DNA of 40,754 bases, taken from a virus. Made by a program: the position numbers and the translations under genes. The DNA lies in UHGV virus genome UHGV-1365945; one strand, 5' to 3'. Shown here piece after piece: positions 8,049 through 16,327 of this stretch. Under the pieces are notes generated by a model. The model made no database searches. It worked only from the letters and a program-made list of their open reading frames with translations, and had not been told where the DNA came from. Numbering within the stretch: the first letter of the stretch is position 1; each line of letters opens with the position of its first letter.

Positions 8049-9002
8049 ATGGCAGAAATCAGTTGGATAAAACTAAAAACGACCATGTTCGATGATGAAA
8101 AGATAAAACTTATCCAATCTATGCCAGAAGCCGATGCAATACTAGTGATTTGGATTCGATTACTAGTATTGGCTGGCAAAACCAATGATGAGGGATTGAT
8201 CTATATTCAGAGGAACATGCCTTATACCGAAGAAATGTTGGCGACGTTGTTTTCTAAGCCTGTCAATGTTGTTCGTTTGGCTTTGATGACTTTACAGCAA
8301 TTCAATATGATTGATTTAAACGAAGATGGATTAATTGCTATTGAAAATTGGGATAAGCACCAAAACATTGAAGGCATGGAAAAAGTACGTTTGAAAAATG
8401 CAGAACGAGTTAGAAAACATCGAGAACGCAAGAAACAACAGGCTTTAGAGGATAAAAATAGTGGTAACGTTACATGTAACGTTACAGTAACGGATTGTAA
8501 CGGTACAGATAAAGATATAGATAAAGAAATAGATATAGATAAAGATAAAAAGAATAGGTCAAAAACATCTTGTAAATATTCTGACGAACATTTACGTCTT
8601 GCTGAAAAGTTAAAAAATAATTTAATCAATGATTTTCCAAGTGAAATGAAAAAAGTGAAGATTGAAAAATGGGCAGATGTTTTCAGATTAATCGAAGAAC
8701 GAGATCAACAAACTATTGCAGCAATTGACTATGTTCTTGATTGGTTACCGACAAATTCATTTTGGTTTGGAAACATTAGAAGTGCTTCTAAGCTAAGAAC
8801 GCAGTTTGAAAAACTAAAATTTGAAATCAAAAATGAAAAGGAACGTGGCCAACAAAGAACGACTTACCAGCGTCAAAATGTGAGGGTTGAAAATTTACCA
8901 GAGTGGGCAAAAGAACCCAAAGAAAATACTGAAAAAAAGCTTTCGCCTGATGAGCAAGCAGAATTAGACAGACAAATCAAAGAATTCCTGGAGGGGAAAT
9001 AA
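8049..9002 (+). CDS. Phage replisome organizer (N-terminal replisome-organizer domain) carrying internal origin iterons
   Basis: N-terminal MAEISWIKLKTTMFDDEKIKLIQSMPEADAILVIWIRLLVLAGK is typical of replisome-organizer proteins. A central low-complexity region encodes the DNA iterons. Confidence 0.75.
   Translation: MAEISWIKLKTTMFDDEKIKLIQSMPEADAILVIWIRLLVLAGKTNDEGLIYIQRNMPYTEEMLATLFSKPVNVVRLALMTLQQFNMIDLNEDGLIAIENWDKHQNIEGMEKVRLKNAERVRKHRERKKQQALEDKNSGNVTCNVTVTDCNGTDKDIDKEIDIDKDKKNRSKTSCKYSDEHLRLAEKLKNNLINDFPSEMKKVKIEKWADVFRLIEERDQQTIAAIDYVLDWLPTNSFWFGNIRSASKLRTQFEKLKFEIKNEKERGQQRTTYQRQNVRVENLPEWAKEPKENTEKKLSPDEQAELDRQIKEFLEGK
8464..8552. repeat. Putative phage origin of replication: iterons GTAACGTTACA x2, GTAACGG x2, and A/T-rich ATAGATAAAGA repeats
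   Basis: Directly visible tandem repeats inside the replisome-organizer gene, the classic ori-within-rep arrangement. Confidence 0.6.
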
Positions 9003-9632
9003 ATGAACGACAATAAATTATCAAAACATTTAAAACGAGCCGTATCTAAGTTTGAATCAAGACCAATTTTAAGATGTGTCCATTATGATGCAAATGGAAG
9101 CATAGCTGCAACAGACTCTCATAGATTATTGCTAATCGAGAACTTCCACAATCACAATAAAGAAATTAACCAAGATATCAGAACAATGGAAATACTCGAC
9201 GCACCATATCCTGAGCTTGGCCATCTTATACCGAATAAGGCAAAATCAAAAATAAAAATAACAATAAGTTTGTCAGTTTTATTAAGAGCAGCAAAGGCAT
9301 TAAACACAAGTACAGATGAAATAATCGTGATGAAAATTGAACAAGGTAAAATTACTTTTACAAACTTACACGACGAAAAAATATATGGTTCACCAGTGAA
9401 AATTGAAGTAAATGCACAAGTTGTTGGTGAATCAATGAAGTTAGGTGTTAATTCACGATATATCATTGATGCCTGTGAATTTCTATTAGATGCAAAAGAG
9501 AGGTATGCCGTTGATGATACTGTAATTCATCTTTATTCAGAAAATAAACCATTTACGCTTGAAATCAAAGAAGGTAAGTATCTTTATCTGGTAACTCCAG
9601 TGAGACTGAATCTGCCTGACGGAGGTAAATAG
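9003..9632 (+). CDS. Hypothetical replication-module protein (209 aa)
   Basis: ORF translationally coupled to the previous gene (taaATG). Confidence 0.5.
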   Translation: MNDNKLSKHLKRAVSKFESRPILRCVHYDANGSIAATDSHRLLLIENFHNHNKEINQDIRTMEILDAPYPELGHLIPNKAKSKIKITISLSVLLRAAKALNTSTDEIIVMKIEQGKITFTNLHDEKIYGSPVKIEVNAQVVGESMKLGVNSRYIIDACEFLLDAKERYAVDDTVIHLYSENKPFTLEIKEGKYLYLVTPVRLNLPDGGK

Positions 9633-10052
9633 ATGACTGATGTAAAAGAAAAAGCACTAGTTATTATGCTTAAAGAAATGGAAAAAGAGCACACAAAAGC
9701 TGAAGATAAAATTCATAATTGGTTATGCGATCAAGAAGATGAAGAACTATTTAAAGGGGTTCTGAAACAAGGTAAATCAATCAGCAATGCTCTAAATTAT
9801 TGTGGACATAAAGCTCGAGAAACGGCTATGAAAGGGGTAGCTATTGTAGACGATTTAGAAGTTTTTGATTGGGTAAAAGAATATTACCTATCAGATGAAA
9901 CAAACGTCAAACAAGAAACGTCACAAGTTGCAACATCAATTAAATCTAAAAATAAACCTGTCAAAGATAAGAAAAAGTCTAAAGAAAAACCAAAAGCCAA
10001 TAAACCAAAAATCAACGAAGGATTGCAATTAGATTTGCTTGATTTTCTATGA
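9633..10052 (+). CDS. Hypothetical protein with a Lys-rich C-terminus (139 aa)
   Basis: ORF coupled to its neighbours (ATGA overlap). Confidence 0.5.
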   Translation: MTDVKEKALVIMLKEMEKEHTKAEDKIHNWLCDQEDEELFKGVLKQGKSISNALNYCGHKARETAMKGVAIVDDLEVFDWVKEYYLSDETNVKQETSQVATSIKSKNKPVKDKKKSKEKPKANKPKINEGLQLDLLDFL

Positions 10053-11422
10053 AAAAGAATGCTGATTGGTACGTTGAGAAGAAATTAATTCCTCCCAAAA
10101 GTTTTTTTAACTGGTGTGAATCACAAATACCTATTTATAAGTGGTCTAACAAAAATGAAGTAATCGTATCTTCTGACAGAAAATTTGGACATGTTATAGA
10201 AAAAAGGTTAACAAAAAATTCAAGATTAACTTTTGTAGATAAGTTTTATTCATTCGCAATAGTACTTGTTACTTCTAAACGAATTGAGGTTCAGTCTTAT
10301 GGCTATTGGGTAGATATTATTGACGGTAAAGAAAGCCTAGAGAGTGCATTAGTGAATTTTGAAATTTTCGATAATGATGAATGTGTAAAGGTAACAAAAT
10401 GGGGTAAAGGATATGTTTTTGGACTTACTCCAAATTATGGAGGAATGAGTTCGCCTTATCATGGAACAATTTTTTATAAAAATAATTGGGAGACAAAAGT
10501 AAAAAAGATTTCGCCATTAAAATATTTAAAGTTTAAGTATGATGACATTCAAATTTATGAATTAAGAAACTGGTATCAATATCGCTTTGAAATTGAATTT
10601 TTGCAGAAAATAAATGCAAAAAAACTAGCAGATGAAGTGATGTATCCGAAGTATTCATATCAGAATGGAACATATAGAAAAGGTGTAGATATGCGGACCT
10701 TGAATAAGAAATGGTTGAAAGAAAATAAACAATTTTTCAAAAATTCTAACCGAGATTTTTATGAATTCGAATTAGAAAAACGGATAAAGAACCGCAATGG
10801 AAAGGTCGTACCTGGTATTGAAAAGTTCTTGGATTATCATGCCATTAACAAAATTCCGAAAGGTATAGGAATGGTTAAATTTCAGAATTGGGTTATTAAA
10901 AATAAAATCAATATGCTTTACTACTTCGACTATCTGAATATGTTAAAAGATTTAAATATAGATCCTACAGGTGATGCTAATTTAATTATTCCTAAGGATT
11001 TAAAAAAAGCACATGATAATGCTGTGGAATTGCTGAATCAATTAAAAATCGAACAAAAGAGAAAAGAAAATGAAAAACTACAGCAAGAGTACGAGGAAAC
11101 GTTGGCCAAACGCTTAAAACTAGAAAGAGTTGTTGGTAATTATGAATTCAAAATACCTCGAGACATTATCGAAATAATCCAAGAAGGTAAAGCATTACAT
11201 CATTGTGTAGGTGGTAGCCATTACATTGAACGTCACAGTAAGGGGCAAACAACTATTGTATTTGTTCGTAAGAAGAACGACACAGAAACGCCGTTTTACA
11301 CCTTGGAATATCAAAAAGGGCATATTGTTCAATTGAGAGGTAAACGTAATCAGAAAGCCTCTCAGGAGGTAGAAGCAGCTAGTGAGAAATGGCTTGAATT
11401 AATTAAAAAAGAGGTGAAATAA
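10049..11422 (+). CDS. Large hypothetical protein (457 aa), possibly PcfJ-like
   Basis: C-terminal GKALHHCVGGSHYIERHSKGQTTIVFVRKKND segment, recalled as resembling the PcfJ-like conserved HC motif. This is from memory, not computed. Confidence 0.55.
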   Translation: MKKNADWYVEKKLIPPKSFFNWCESQIPIYKWSNKNEVIVSSDRKFGHVIEKRLTKNSRLTFVDKFYSFAIVLVTSKRIEVQSYGYWVDIIDGKESLESALVNFEIFDNDECVKVTKWGKGYVFGLTPNYGGMSSPYHGTIFYKNNWETKVKKISPLKYLKFKYDDIQIYELRNWYQYRFEIEFLQKINAKKLADEVMYPKYSYQNGTYRKGVDMRTLNKKWLKENKQFFKNSNRDFYEFELEKRIKNRNGKVVPGIEKFLDYHAINKIPKGIGMVKFQNWVIKNKINMLYYFDYLNMLKDLNIDPTGDANLIIPKDLKKAHDNAVELLNQLKIEQKRKENEKLQQEYEETLAKRLKLERVVGNYEFKIPRDIIEIIQEGKALHHCVGGSHYIERHSKGQTTIVFVRKKNDTETPFYTLEYQKGHIVQLRGKRNQKASQEVEAASEKWLELIKKEVK

Positions 11423-11424
11423 AA

Positions 11425-11697
11425 ATGCCTTACGTTGTAAAAGTAACCGCATATTTGGACCAATATGGGAATCCTGTATCAAATCTAAAAGATGCTAAAT
11501 TTTTTGAAAAAAAGGCGATTGCAGAAAGTGCTGCATTTGTAACAGATGGAATTATTAAAGAGGTTAGCAAAGTGATAATTATGCCTAAAAAAAATAAAAT
11601 TTTGAAGACAAAAACTGAACCAATTAAGAAAGAAAAAAGCACTAAAAGCAATCAAGTTTGGATGAAAGAGAGTAAAGAAAATGATTCGAATAGTTGA
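11425..11697 (+). CDS. Hypothetical protein (90 aa)
   Basis: ORF with RBS GAGGTG upstream. Confidence 0.45.
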   Translation: MPYVVKVTAYLDQYGNPVSNLKDAKFFEKKAIAESAAFVTDGIIKEVSKVIIMPKKNKILKTKTEPIKKEKSTKSNQVWMKESKENDSNS

Positions 11698-11775
11698 AGT
11701 CGGACAGGTTTATAAATTAGTCGATGCAAATCCACCTGCATTTGGAAAAGTAAAAAAAATCTTTGGAGGCTAATT

Positions 11776-11985
11776 ATGAAATTAATCTATGTTTTATCTG
11801 GAAAAGAAGAAAATAAAAACTATGTAAAAAAATTTGTTGGAAATTATTGCAGTTTTGGACCTAAAGAGGATGCAAAAGCATTTACTAGTGAAGAAGCTGA
11901 ACAGATGAGAAGACTGTTAGAGAATAGTGTAGGCAATGCGTTTGTTATTGATGATGACAGGGAGGAAGAAAATGATTTATATTAA
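11776..11985 (+). CDS. Hypothetical protein (69 aa)
   Basis: RBS GGAGG 7 nt upstream. Confidence 0.45.
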   Translation: MKLIYVLSGKEENKNYVKKFVGNYCSFGPKEDAKAFTSEEAEQMRRLLENSVGNAFVIDDDREEENDLY

Positions 11986-12196
11986 AAATTTTGTACATGA
12001 TTTTGATTCTTCAACAATTACCTTTGAAGTAGAACGTGAAGGGGTCACGAATCATGTAGAAACTAGAGATACTGGTTATGGAACGACTTCTACAGATATT
12101 AATGATTTTACTGAAGATTGGCCAGATTCTGAATACAATCAATTAGAAGAGTTTTTAAACGGTTGTCAAGAAATAGTGCATTCATTTTATCGTTGA
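11971..12196 (+). CDS. Hypothetical protein (~75 aa)
   Basis: Start preferred at ATG 11971 (RBS GGGAGGAAG) over the listed 11936. Confidence 0.4.
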
Positions 12197-12248
12197 AAGA
12201 TTATATCGTAGGTGTTGAAATTATTGATTTTGTAGAGGAGGAAGCAGA

Positions 12249-12551
12249 ATGAAACAATTTAACATTGAATTAGTAAGACGTGACAAAGTCAAAGTGGAGC
12301 TTGATCCAGAATTTTTTAACGAAGAATGGTTTGCAGAATTTCGCCACTTTTTTTATGACTATGAAACTTTAGAGGAAATAGCAGAATATATCACGTTTAA
12401 CGTTGTGCATAATAACGAAACTTTCATCGATGGAATTGGAATACCTCTGAGAAATGGAAAACGGCCATATTGGCTAAAGAAAGATGAAGAAGTAAACGAG
12501 CACGTAAACGTTATTTATAACAGTTATGATACTGAGATTGAGTATGAGTAG
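12249..12551 (+). CDS. Hypothetical protein (100 aa)
   Basis: RBS GAGGAGGAAGCAGA-ATG. Confidence 0.45.
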   Translation: MKQFNIELVRRDKVKVELDPEFFNEEWFAEFRHFFYDYETLEEIAEYITFNVVHNNETFIDGIGIPLRNGKRPYWLKKDEEVNEHVNVIYNSYDTEIEYE

Positions 12552-12562
12552 GAGGAAGCAGA

Positions 12563-12802
12563 ATGAAATACAAAATTGCAGTAACTGAAACATTGAGGGC
12601 AACACGATATATTGAGATCGAATACGACGAAGATATTGATGAATTGTTACATGATGTAGAAAATTCGCCTTATGAAGAAAATGTTGCGAGTATTTTGGAA
12701 GAATTAGGAGCAACTATTTTAAAAGAAGATCAGCCAATTGTAGGTAAAATAGGCGATTGGGAAACTGAATCATTAGACTATAGTGTAATGGAGGTAAAAT
12801 AA
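12563..12802 (+). CDS. Hypothetical acidic protein (79 aa)
   Basis: Identical 18-nt leader GGAGGAAGCAGAATGAAA as the previous gene. Confidence 0.45.
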   Translation: MKYKIAVTETLRATRYIEIEYDEDIDELLHDVENSPYEENVASILEELGATILKEDQPIVGKIGDWETESLDYSVMEVK

Positions 12803-13081
12803 ATGAAATTTTACGAAATGAAAGAACCTTATTATGCATTAATCGCTGCTAAAAATGAAAAACAATGTTTAAAACTTTACAAGGATATTGTTTGCGAAGT
12901 AGAAGACGAAAAAGAATTTTTCGATGATATGAAAACAATTGATAAATACGAAGCGTTCAAAATGCTTGCTAAAAGTCGTATTGAAGATGGTGGAGAATTG
13001 GGTGCAGAAGAAGCTTTAAATCAGTTAGAAAATCTTGAAACAAATGGCGAAGTATTGCTGATTGATAGCGGTTTGTTGTAG
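12803..13081 (+). CDS. Hypothetical protein (92 aa)
   Basis: Coupled start (taaATG). Confidence 0.45.
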   Translation: MKFYEMKEPYYALIAAKNEKQCLKLYKDIVCEVEDEKEFFDDMKTIDKYEAFKMLAKSRIEDGGELGAEEALNQLENLETNGEVLLIDSGLL

Positions 13082-13092
13082 GAGGATCAGCG

Positions 13093-13596
13093 ATGAATAA
13101 ACAAGAATTGATTGAAGAGTTAGAATGTTTAGAAGTTCCTACAAACAGCCTTGATTATTTGAAAGGTGCTGACTATGCCAACGAAAGAGCAATTAGCTTA
13201 GCAAAACAACTAAAAGAATCGAAAAAAGCTGTATTACCTAAAACTGCTGATGATTTTATTGAAGAAAGTTTAGGAATGGGTTCTGATAAAGTTGATATTA
13301 TCGGTTCCGCAGATTCTTTCTCAAACGCAATGCCTGCTGATGAATTTTCTTTGTGGTTTAAGTCGAACAGAGATTTATTTGTTAATGCATTAGCTAACGG
13401 CTACGAAGTAGAGAAGGAACCATTATATCACGTTTTATTATCAGACAAAGGGGCGACCAACATAGGATATACTTTTTTAAATTTAGCGGGAACAATTGAT
13501 TTTACGATATGTAAGGAAAAGGTGGATACGTTAACAGAAAATCAAATCAAAGCAATTGATGAGCGCTATTGGCCGTTTGCTGTGAAGGTGGAGTAA
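13093..13596 (+). CDS. Hypothetical protein (167 aa)
   Basis: RBS AGGAGG upstream. Confidence 0.5.
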   Translation: MNKQELIEELECLEVPTNSLDYLKGADYANERAISLAKQLKESKKAVLPKTADDFIEESLGMGSDKVDIIGSADSFSNAMPADEFSLWFKSNRDLFVNALANGYEVEKEPLYHVLLSDKGATNIGYTFLNLAGTIDFTICKEKVDTLTENQIKAIDERYWPFAVKVE

Positions 13597-13612
13597 GAAT
13601 AGATGAAAGATA

Positions 13613-13753
13613 AGAAATTTTCACCTCTAACAATTATTTGTGTGATTATAGGCATATGCTGGATTGTCTCAATTGTGGGAATCGGATATTTTATTTCACA
13701 TCCAGAACTAATTGGACACTGGTTTAGTCGTTTAATAAGTGGGTTTAAATAGT
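13613..13753 (+). CDS. Small membrane protein (~46 aa, MKDKKFSPLTIICVIIGICWIVSIVGIGYF...)
   Basis: ATG shortly after the previous stop. One strongly hydrophobic segment. Not in the ORF track because of its size. Confidence 0.3.
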
Positions 13754-13787
13754 TTTGAAACCAATGTATTTTAGTTTTTACAATCGA

Positions 13788-13868
13788 TAGTATAAAAAAC
13801 TACCTAGTTTCCGCTAGGTAGTTCTGTAAGAAATAATATTAAGTTTATTTTTTATAGTATTTTTATAC
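13788..13868 (-). ncRNA. Candidate minus-strand small RNA (promoter TTGATT-17-TATAAA at 13890-13862; terminator hairpin AACTACCTAG-cggaaa-CTAGGTAGTT followed by TTTTTTAT)
   Basis: A good -35/-10 pair and a perfect 10-bp hairpin with a T run, all on the minus strand in a region that is otherwise plus-strand only. No ORF is present. Confidence 0.3.
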
Positions 13869-14212
13869 CAAACCCATTATAAAAAATCAAGTATAAAAAA
13901 GCCAACCGACCACTGGTTGACTAAGAAGAATATTTTACCAGAAAAGTGGTAGCTTGTGATATGTGAGGTTACTTTACCCCAAACATTGGTCACAATAAAA
14001 ATATTTTATCATAAATAGAAAAACTCAACTAGTTTTTTCTAGTCGAGTTTTCCAGATGACATCACTCAAGATGAATTGAGTTGTTTATATTATATCATGA
14101 TGAAATAAGGAAATTCAATAAGAGTAAATAAAAAAAGCCGGATTGCTCCGACTGTGAGTAATGTTTTCGACATAGTTATTATACCACAAATCGCAAACGG
14201 AGGAATCATAAC

Positions 14213-14734
14213 ATGGTACTTTTTGATGTAAAAAAATATCAAATTCCTAATCCAGAAGAAATCGATATGAAAGCGACAAGAAAGAATTTTGAAACCTTTA
14301 TGACAGCTTACGGTTCTGTTCGAGAAAAAGTTGGAAAAAATAGATTACCAAAAATCACTCAATCATTTAGTTTGATTCCTTCTACAACAAATAAAGAGTA
14401 TTCAAGTGATGCTGAACGCTTTGTAATAGAACGAGAAGAGTATATGGATGAATACAAAGAATTAGAGGAACTATTTTCATTAGGCTATTTAGCAATTTGT
14501 AATCCTTTAAAAAATGGTGGTACTAATCGAAGAAGGCAAATCTTTATGCTTCGATATGTTCATGGTATAGCTGTACAAGATATAGCGGAAAGCAAGTATC
14601 TTAGTAAAACAACAGTTGTTGAAGAGAGCCGTTTGGCATTGATTCAATTCTGCAAAGAAACAGAATTATTAATTTATAACGATGAAACAAAGCCTATTAT
14701 TAATGAGAAGAAAACTCTTGATTCTGAAAAATAA
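14213..14734 (+). CDS. arpU: ArpU-family phage transcriptional regulator (putative late-gene activator, sigma-70 region-4-like)
   Basis: C-terminal segment RRQIFMLRYVHGIAVQDIAESKYLSKTTVVEESRLALIQF is HTH/region-4-like. Position before the packaging genes is typical. Confidence 0.55.
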   Translation: MVLFDVKKYQIPNPEEIDMKATRKNFETFMTAYGSVREKVGKNRLPKITQSFSLIPSTTNKEYSSDAERFVIEREEYMDEYKELEELFSLGYLAICNPLKNGGTNRRRQIFMLRYVHGIAVQDIAESKYLSKTTVVEESRLALIQFCKETELLIYNDETKPIINEKKTLDSEK

Positions 14735-14805
14735 AATTTTTGGTCTTTTTACGACTTTTTCCGACGCAAATCGGTCGAGCAATGTTGTAATATAGTAGTG
14801 TCGAA

Positions 14806-14880
14806 AGATAAGGAAACGAGGTAAGGCATGCATTACCTTTCTTAGCTCCGTTTCCTTTATCTTTTGAGGCTACCTATAAA
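14806..14880 (+). terminator. Long imperfect stem-loop followed by a U-rich tract, a candidate terminator/attenuator after arpU
   Basis: GATAAGGAAACGAG...CTCCGTTTCCTTTATC outer stem with an inner AGGTAA/TTACCT stem, then CTTTTGAGG. Confidence 0.4.
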
Positions 14881-15109
14881 AAATAAAGAATAAGGATGTG
14901 GAAAGTCCAGTTCTTTCTGTCTCGTTTAGTCTAGGTAGCAAATATTGCAATAAACTTGGCATAAAGCTTACACGTAGACGTACGCTGAAAGCCTTTGTCA
15001 AGATAGCGCTATGTTAGTTGCAATGATCACTCACAAATCAGACGTTCTCAAACTAAAAGAAATGGGGTGTAATTCCTCTCTCTTTTTTCTACAGATTTGT
15101 GAGTGTTAA

Positions 15110-15181
15110 TGGGGCATAGCTTAATCGGTAGAGCAGCGGTCTCCAAAACCGTTGGAATAGGTTCGAGTCCTATTGCCCCAG
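15110..15181 (+). tRNA. trnW: tRNA-Trp (anticodon CCA), phage-encoded
   Basis: Cloverleaf folded by hand: acceptor TGGGGCA/TGCCCCA, U8, D-stem GCTT/GAGC, anticodon stem GCGGT/ACCGT with loop CTCCAAA (U33, CCA, A37), 4-nt variable loop, T-stem ATAGG/CCTAT with T-loop TTCGAGT, discriminator G. No encoded CCA. The GGTCTCCAAAACC core matches bacterial tRNA-Trp. Confidence 0.8.
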
Positions 15182-15276
15182 TAGGTAGCATAGCTACTTA
15201 AATAAAAAAATCGTCAATAAGTCAAATGTAACTACCTTTACGATCGAACGACGATTAAGATTTTCCCTCCTATCTG

Positions 15277-15310
15277 AGACTGCATAGTGAAAGTGCAGTC
15301 TTTATTTTAT
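15277..15310 (+). terminator. Rho-independent terminator after the tRNA (AGACTGCA-tagtgaaag-TGCAGTCT followed by TTATTTTAT)
   Basis: Perfect 8-bp stem with a T run. Confidence 0.7.
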
Positions 15311-15349
15311 GTTATAAGACTGATATGATATTCTTATGGAGGGATAGGA

Positions 15350-15769
15350 ATGGGATATTCAGATATTAAGGAAATGTTTATTGATGCAAAAAATCTTGCA
15401 AGCGGAGCGAATGATTTACAATTAAAAAGTATTCTTTTAGATATTCAAGGAAAAGTATATGAACTTCAAGAAGAAAATAGAGAATTACGGAATCAAATAA
15501 ATGATTTAAAACAAGCAGATATAATAAAATCTGATTTAATTTGGAGTGGAAATGTCTATTTTTACCATGGAGATGGACCATATTGTACTAACTGTATGGA
15601 TAGTGATTCTAAATTAATACGTACAGCATTATCAAGAATAAATTATTCAGAGTATGCTAAAGCTGAATGCCCTAGATGTGATAATGTAGTGAGGACTGCA
15701 ATAAAAGTAACGGACAAAACTGAAGAAATTGACCAAAAAATAAAACAATATATAAAAGATCTCGGTTGA
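15350..15769 (+). CDS. Hypothetical coiled-coil plus zinc-ribbon protein (139 aa)
   Basis: RBS GGAGGGATAGGA-ATG. C-terminal CTNC...CPRC motif. A hairpin/T-run overlaps the 3' end. Confidence 0.55.
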   Translation: MGYSDIKEMFIDAKNLASGANDLQLKSILLDIQGKVYELQEENRELRNQINDLKQADIIKSDLIWSGNVYFYHGDGPYCTNCMDSDSKLIRTALSRINYSEYAKAECPRCDNVVRTAIKVTDKTEEIDQKIKQYIKDLG

Positions 15770-15805
15770 GGTCTTTTTTTTATACATATAAGAAGGAGTA
15801 AAAAA

Positions 15806-16327
15806 ATGCATATTGAAAAAATGAAATTATCAGATTTAAGACCGGCGGAATATAATCCAAGAGTAAAATTGAATCCAGGTATGGCAGAATATGAAAAACT
15901 TAAACAATCAATTTTAGAATTTGGCTTTGTTGATCCTCCCATTTTTAATAAAAATACAGGAAACTTGGTTGGTGGACATCAACGCGTTACTGTTGCAAAA
16001 GAATTGGGGCTATTTGATGAGATAGAGGTTTCTGTGGTTGATTTACCATTGGATAAAGAGAAAGTTCTAAGCATAGCTTTAAATAAGATTTCTGGAAATT
16101 GGGATGAAGATAAACTAACAGAGTTACTTAATGAACTAACTGCAGATAATTTGGAGTTAACAGGGTTTGACAACGAAGAATTAGAAAATTTAATTGAAGA
16201 TGCTGACATTCCCAATTTTGAACCAGGTAGTATTGATGACCAAGGAGATTTGACGAAACTTGAACCGAAATTTGTTAAATGCCCATGTTGTGGAGAGGAG
16301 TTCGATTTAAGAGATGTTGAAAGTTGA
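15806..16327 (+). CDS. ParB-like nuclease-domain protein (ParB N-terminal/sulfiredoxin fold)
   Basis: KLSDLRPAEYNPRVKLNPGMAEYEKLKQSILEFGFVDPPIF...GGHQRVTVAKELG are ParB N-terminal-domain motifs. C-terminal CPCC zinc knuckle. Confidence 0.7.
   Translation: MHIEKMKLSDLRPAEYNPRVKLNPGMAEYEKLKQSILEFGFVDPPIFNKNTGNLVGGHQRVTVAKELGLFDEIEVSVVDLPLDKEKVLSIALNKISGNWDEDKLTELLNELTADNLELTGFDNEELENLIEDADIPNFEPGSIDDQGDLTKLEPKFVKCPCCGEEFDLRDVES

Noticed and set aside
8504-8552. GATAAAGATATAGATAAAGAAATAGATATAGATAAAGATAAA repeats considered as a CRISPR-like array
   Set aside because: Short, degenerate A/T-rich tandem repeats with no spacers, lying inside a coding region next to the GTAACG iterons. This is origin-of-replication architecture, not CRISPR.
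8222-8629. Minus-strand ORF (135 aa) inside the replisome-organizer gene
   Set aside because: It is antisense to a well-supported gene and is produced by the low-complexity iteron repeats (SISISLSISLS). No RBS.
15063-15110. 15-codon Cys-rich mini-ORF (MGCNSSLFFLQICEC) ending at the first base of the tRNA
   Set aside because: Weak RBS, and it lies inside the inverted-repeat structure upstream of the tRNA. Probably chance; mentioned only because leader peptides sometimes regulate downstream RNAs.
15110-15181. tRNA considered as the prophage attachment site
   Set aside because: The tRNA is full-length and sits in the middle of the element, about 15 kb from either end. The integrase-adjacent repeat at 82-101 and 40631-40650 is a better att candidate.
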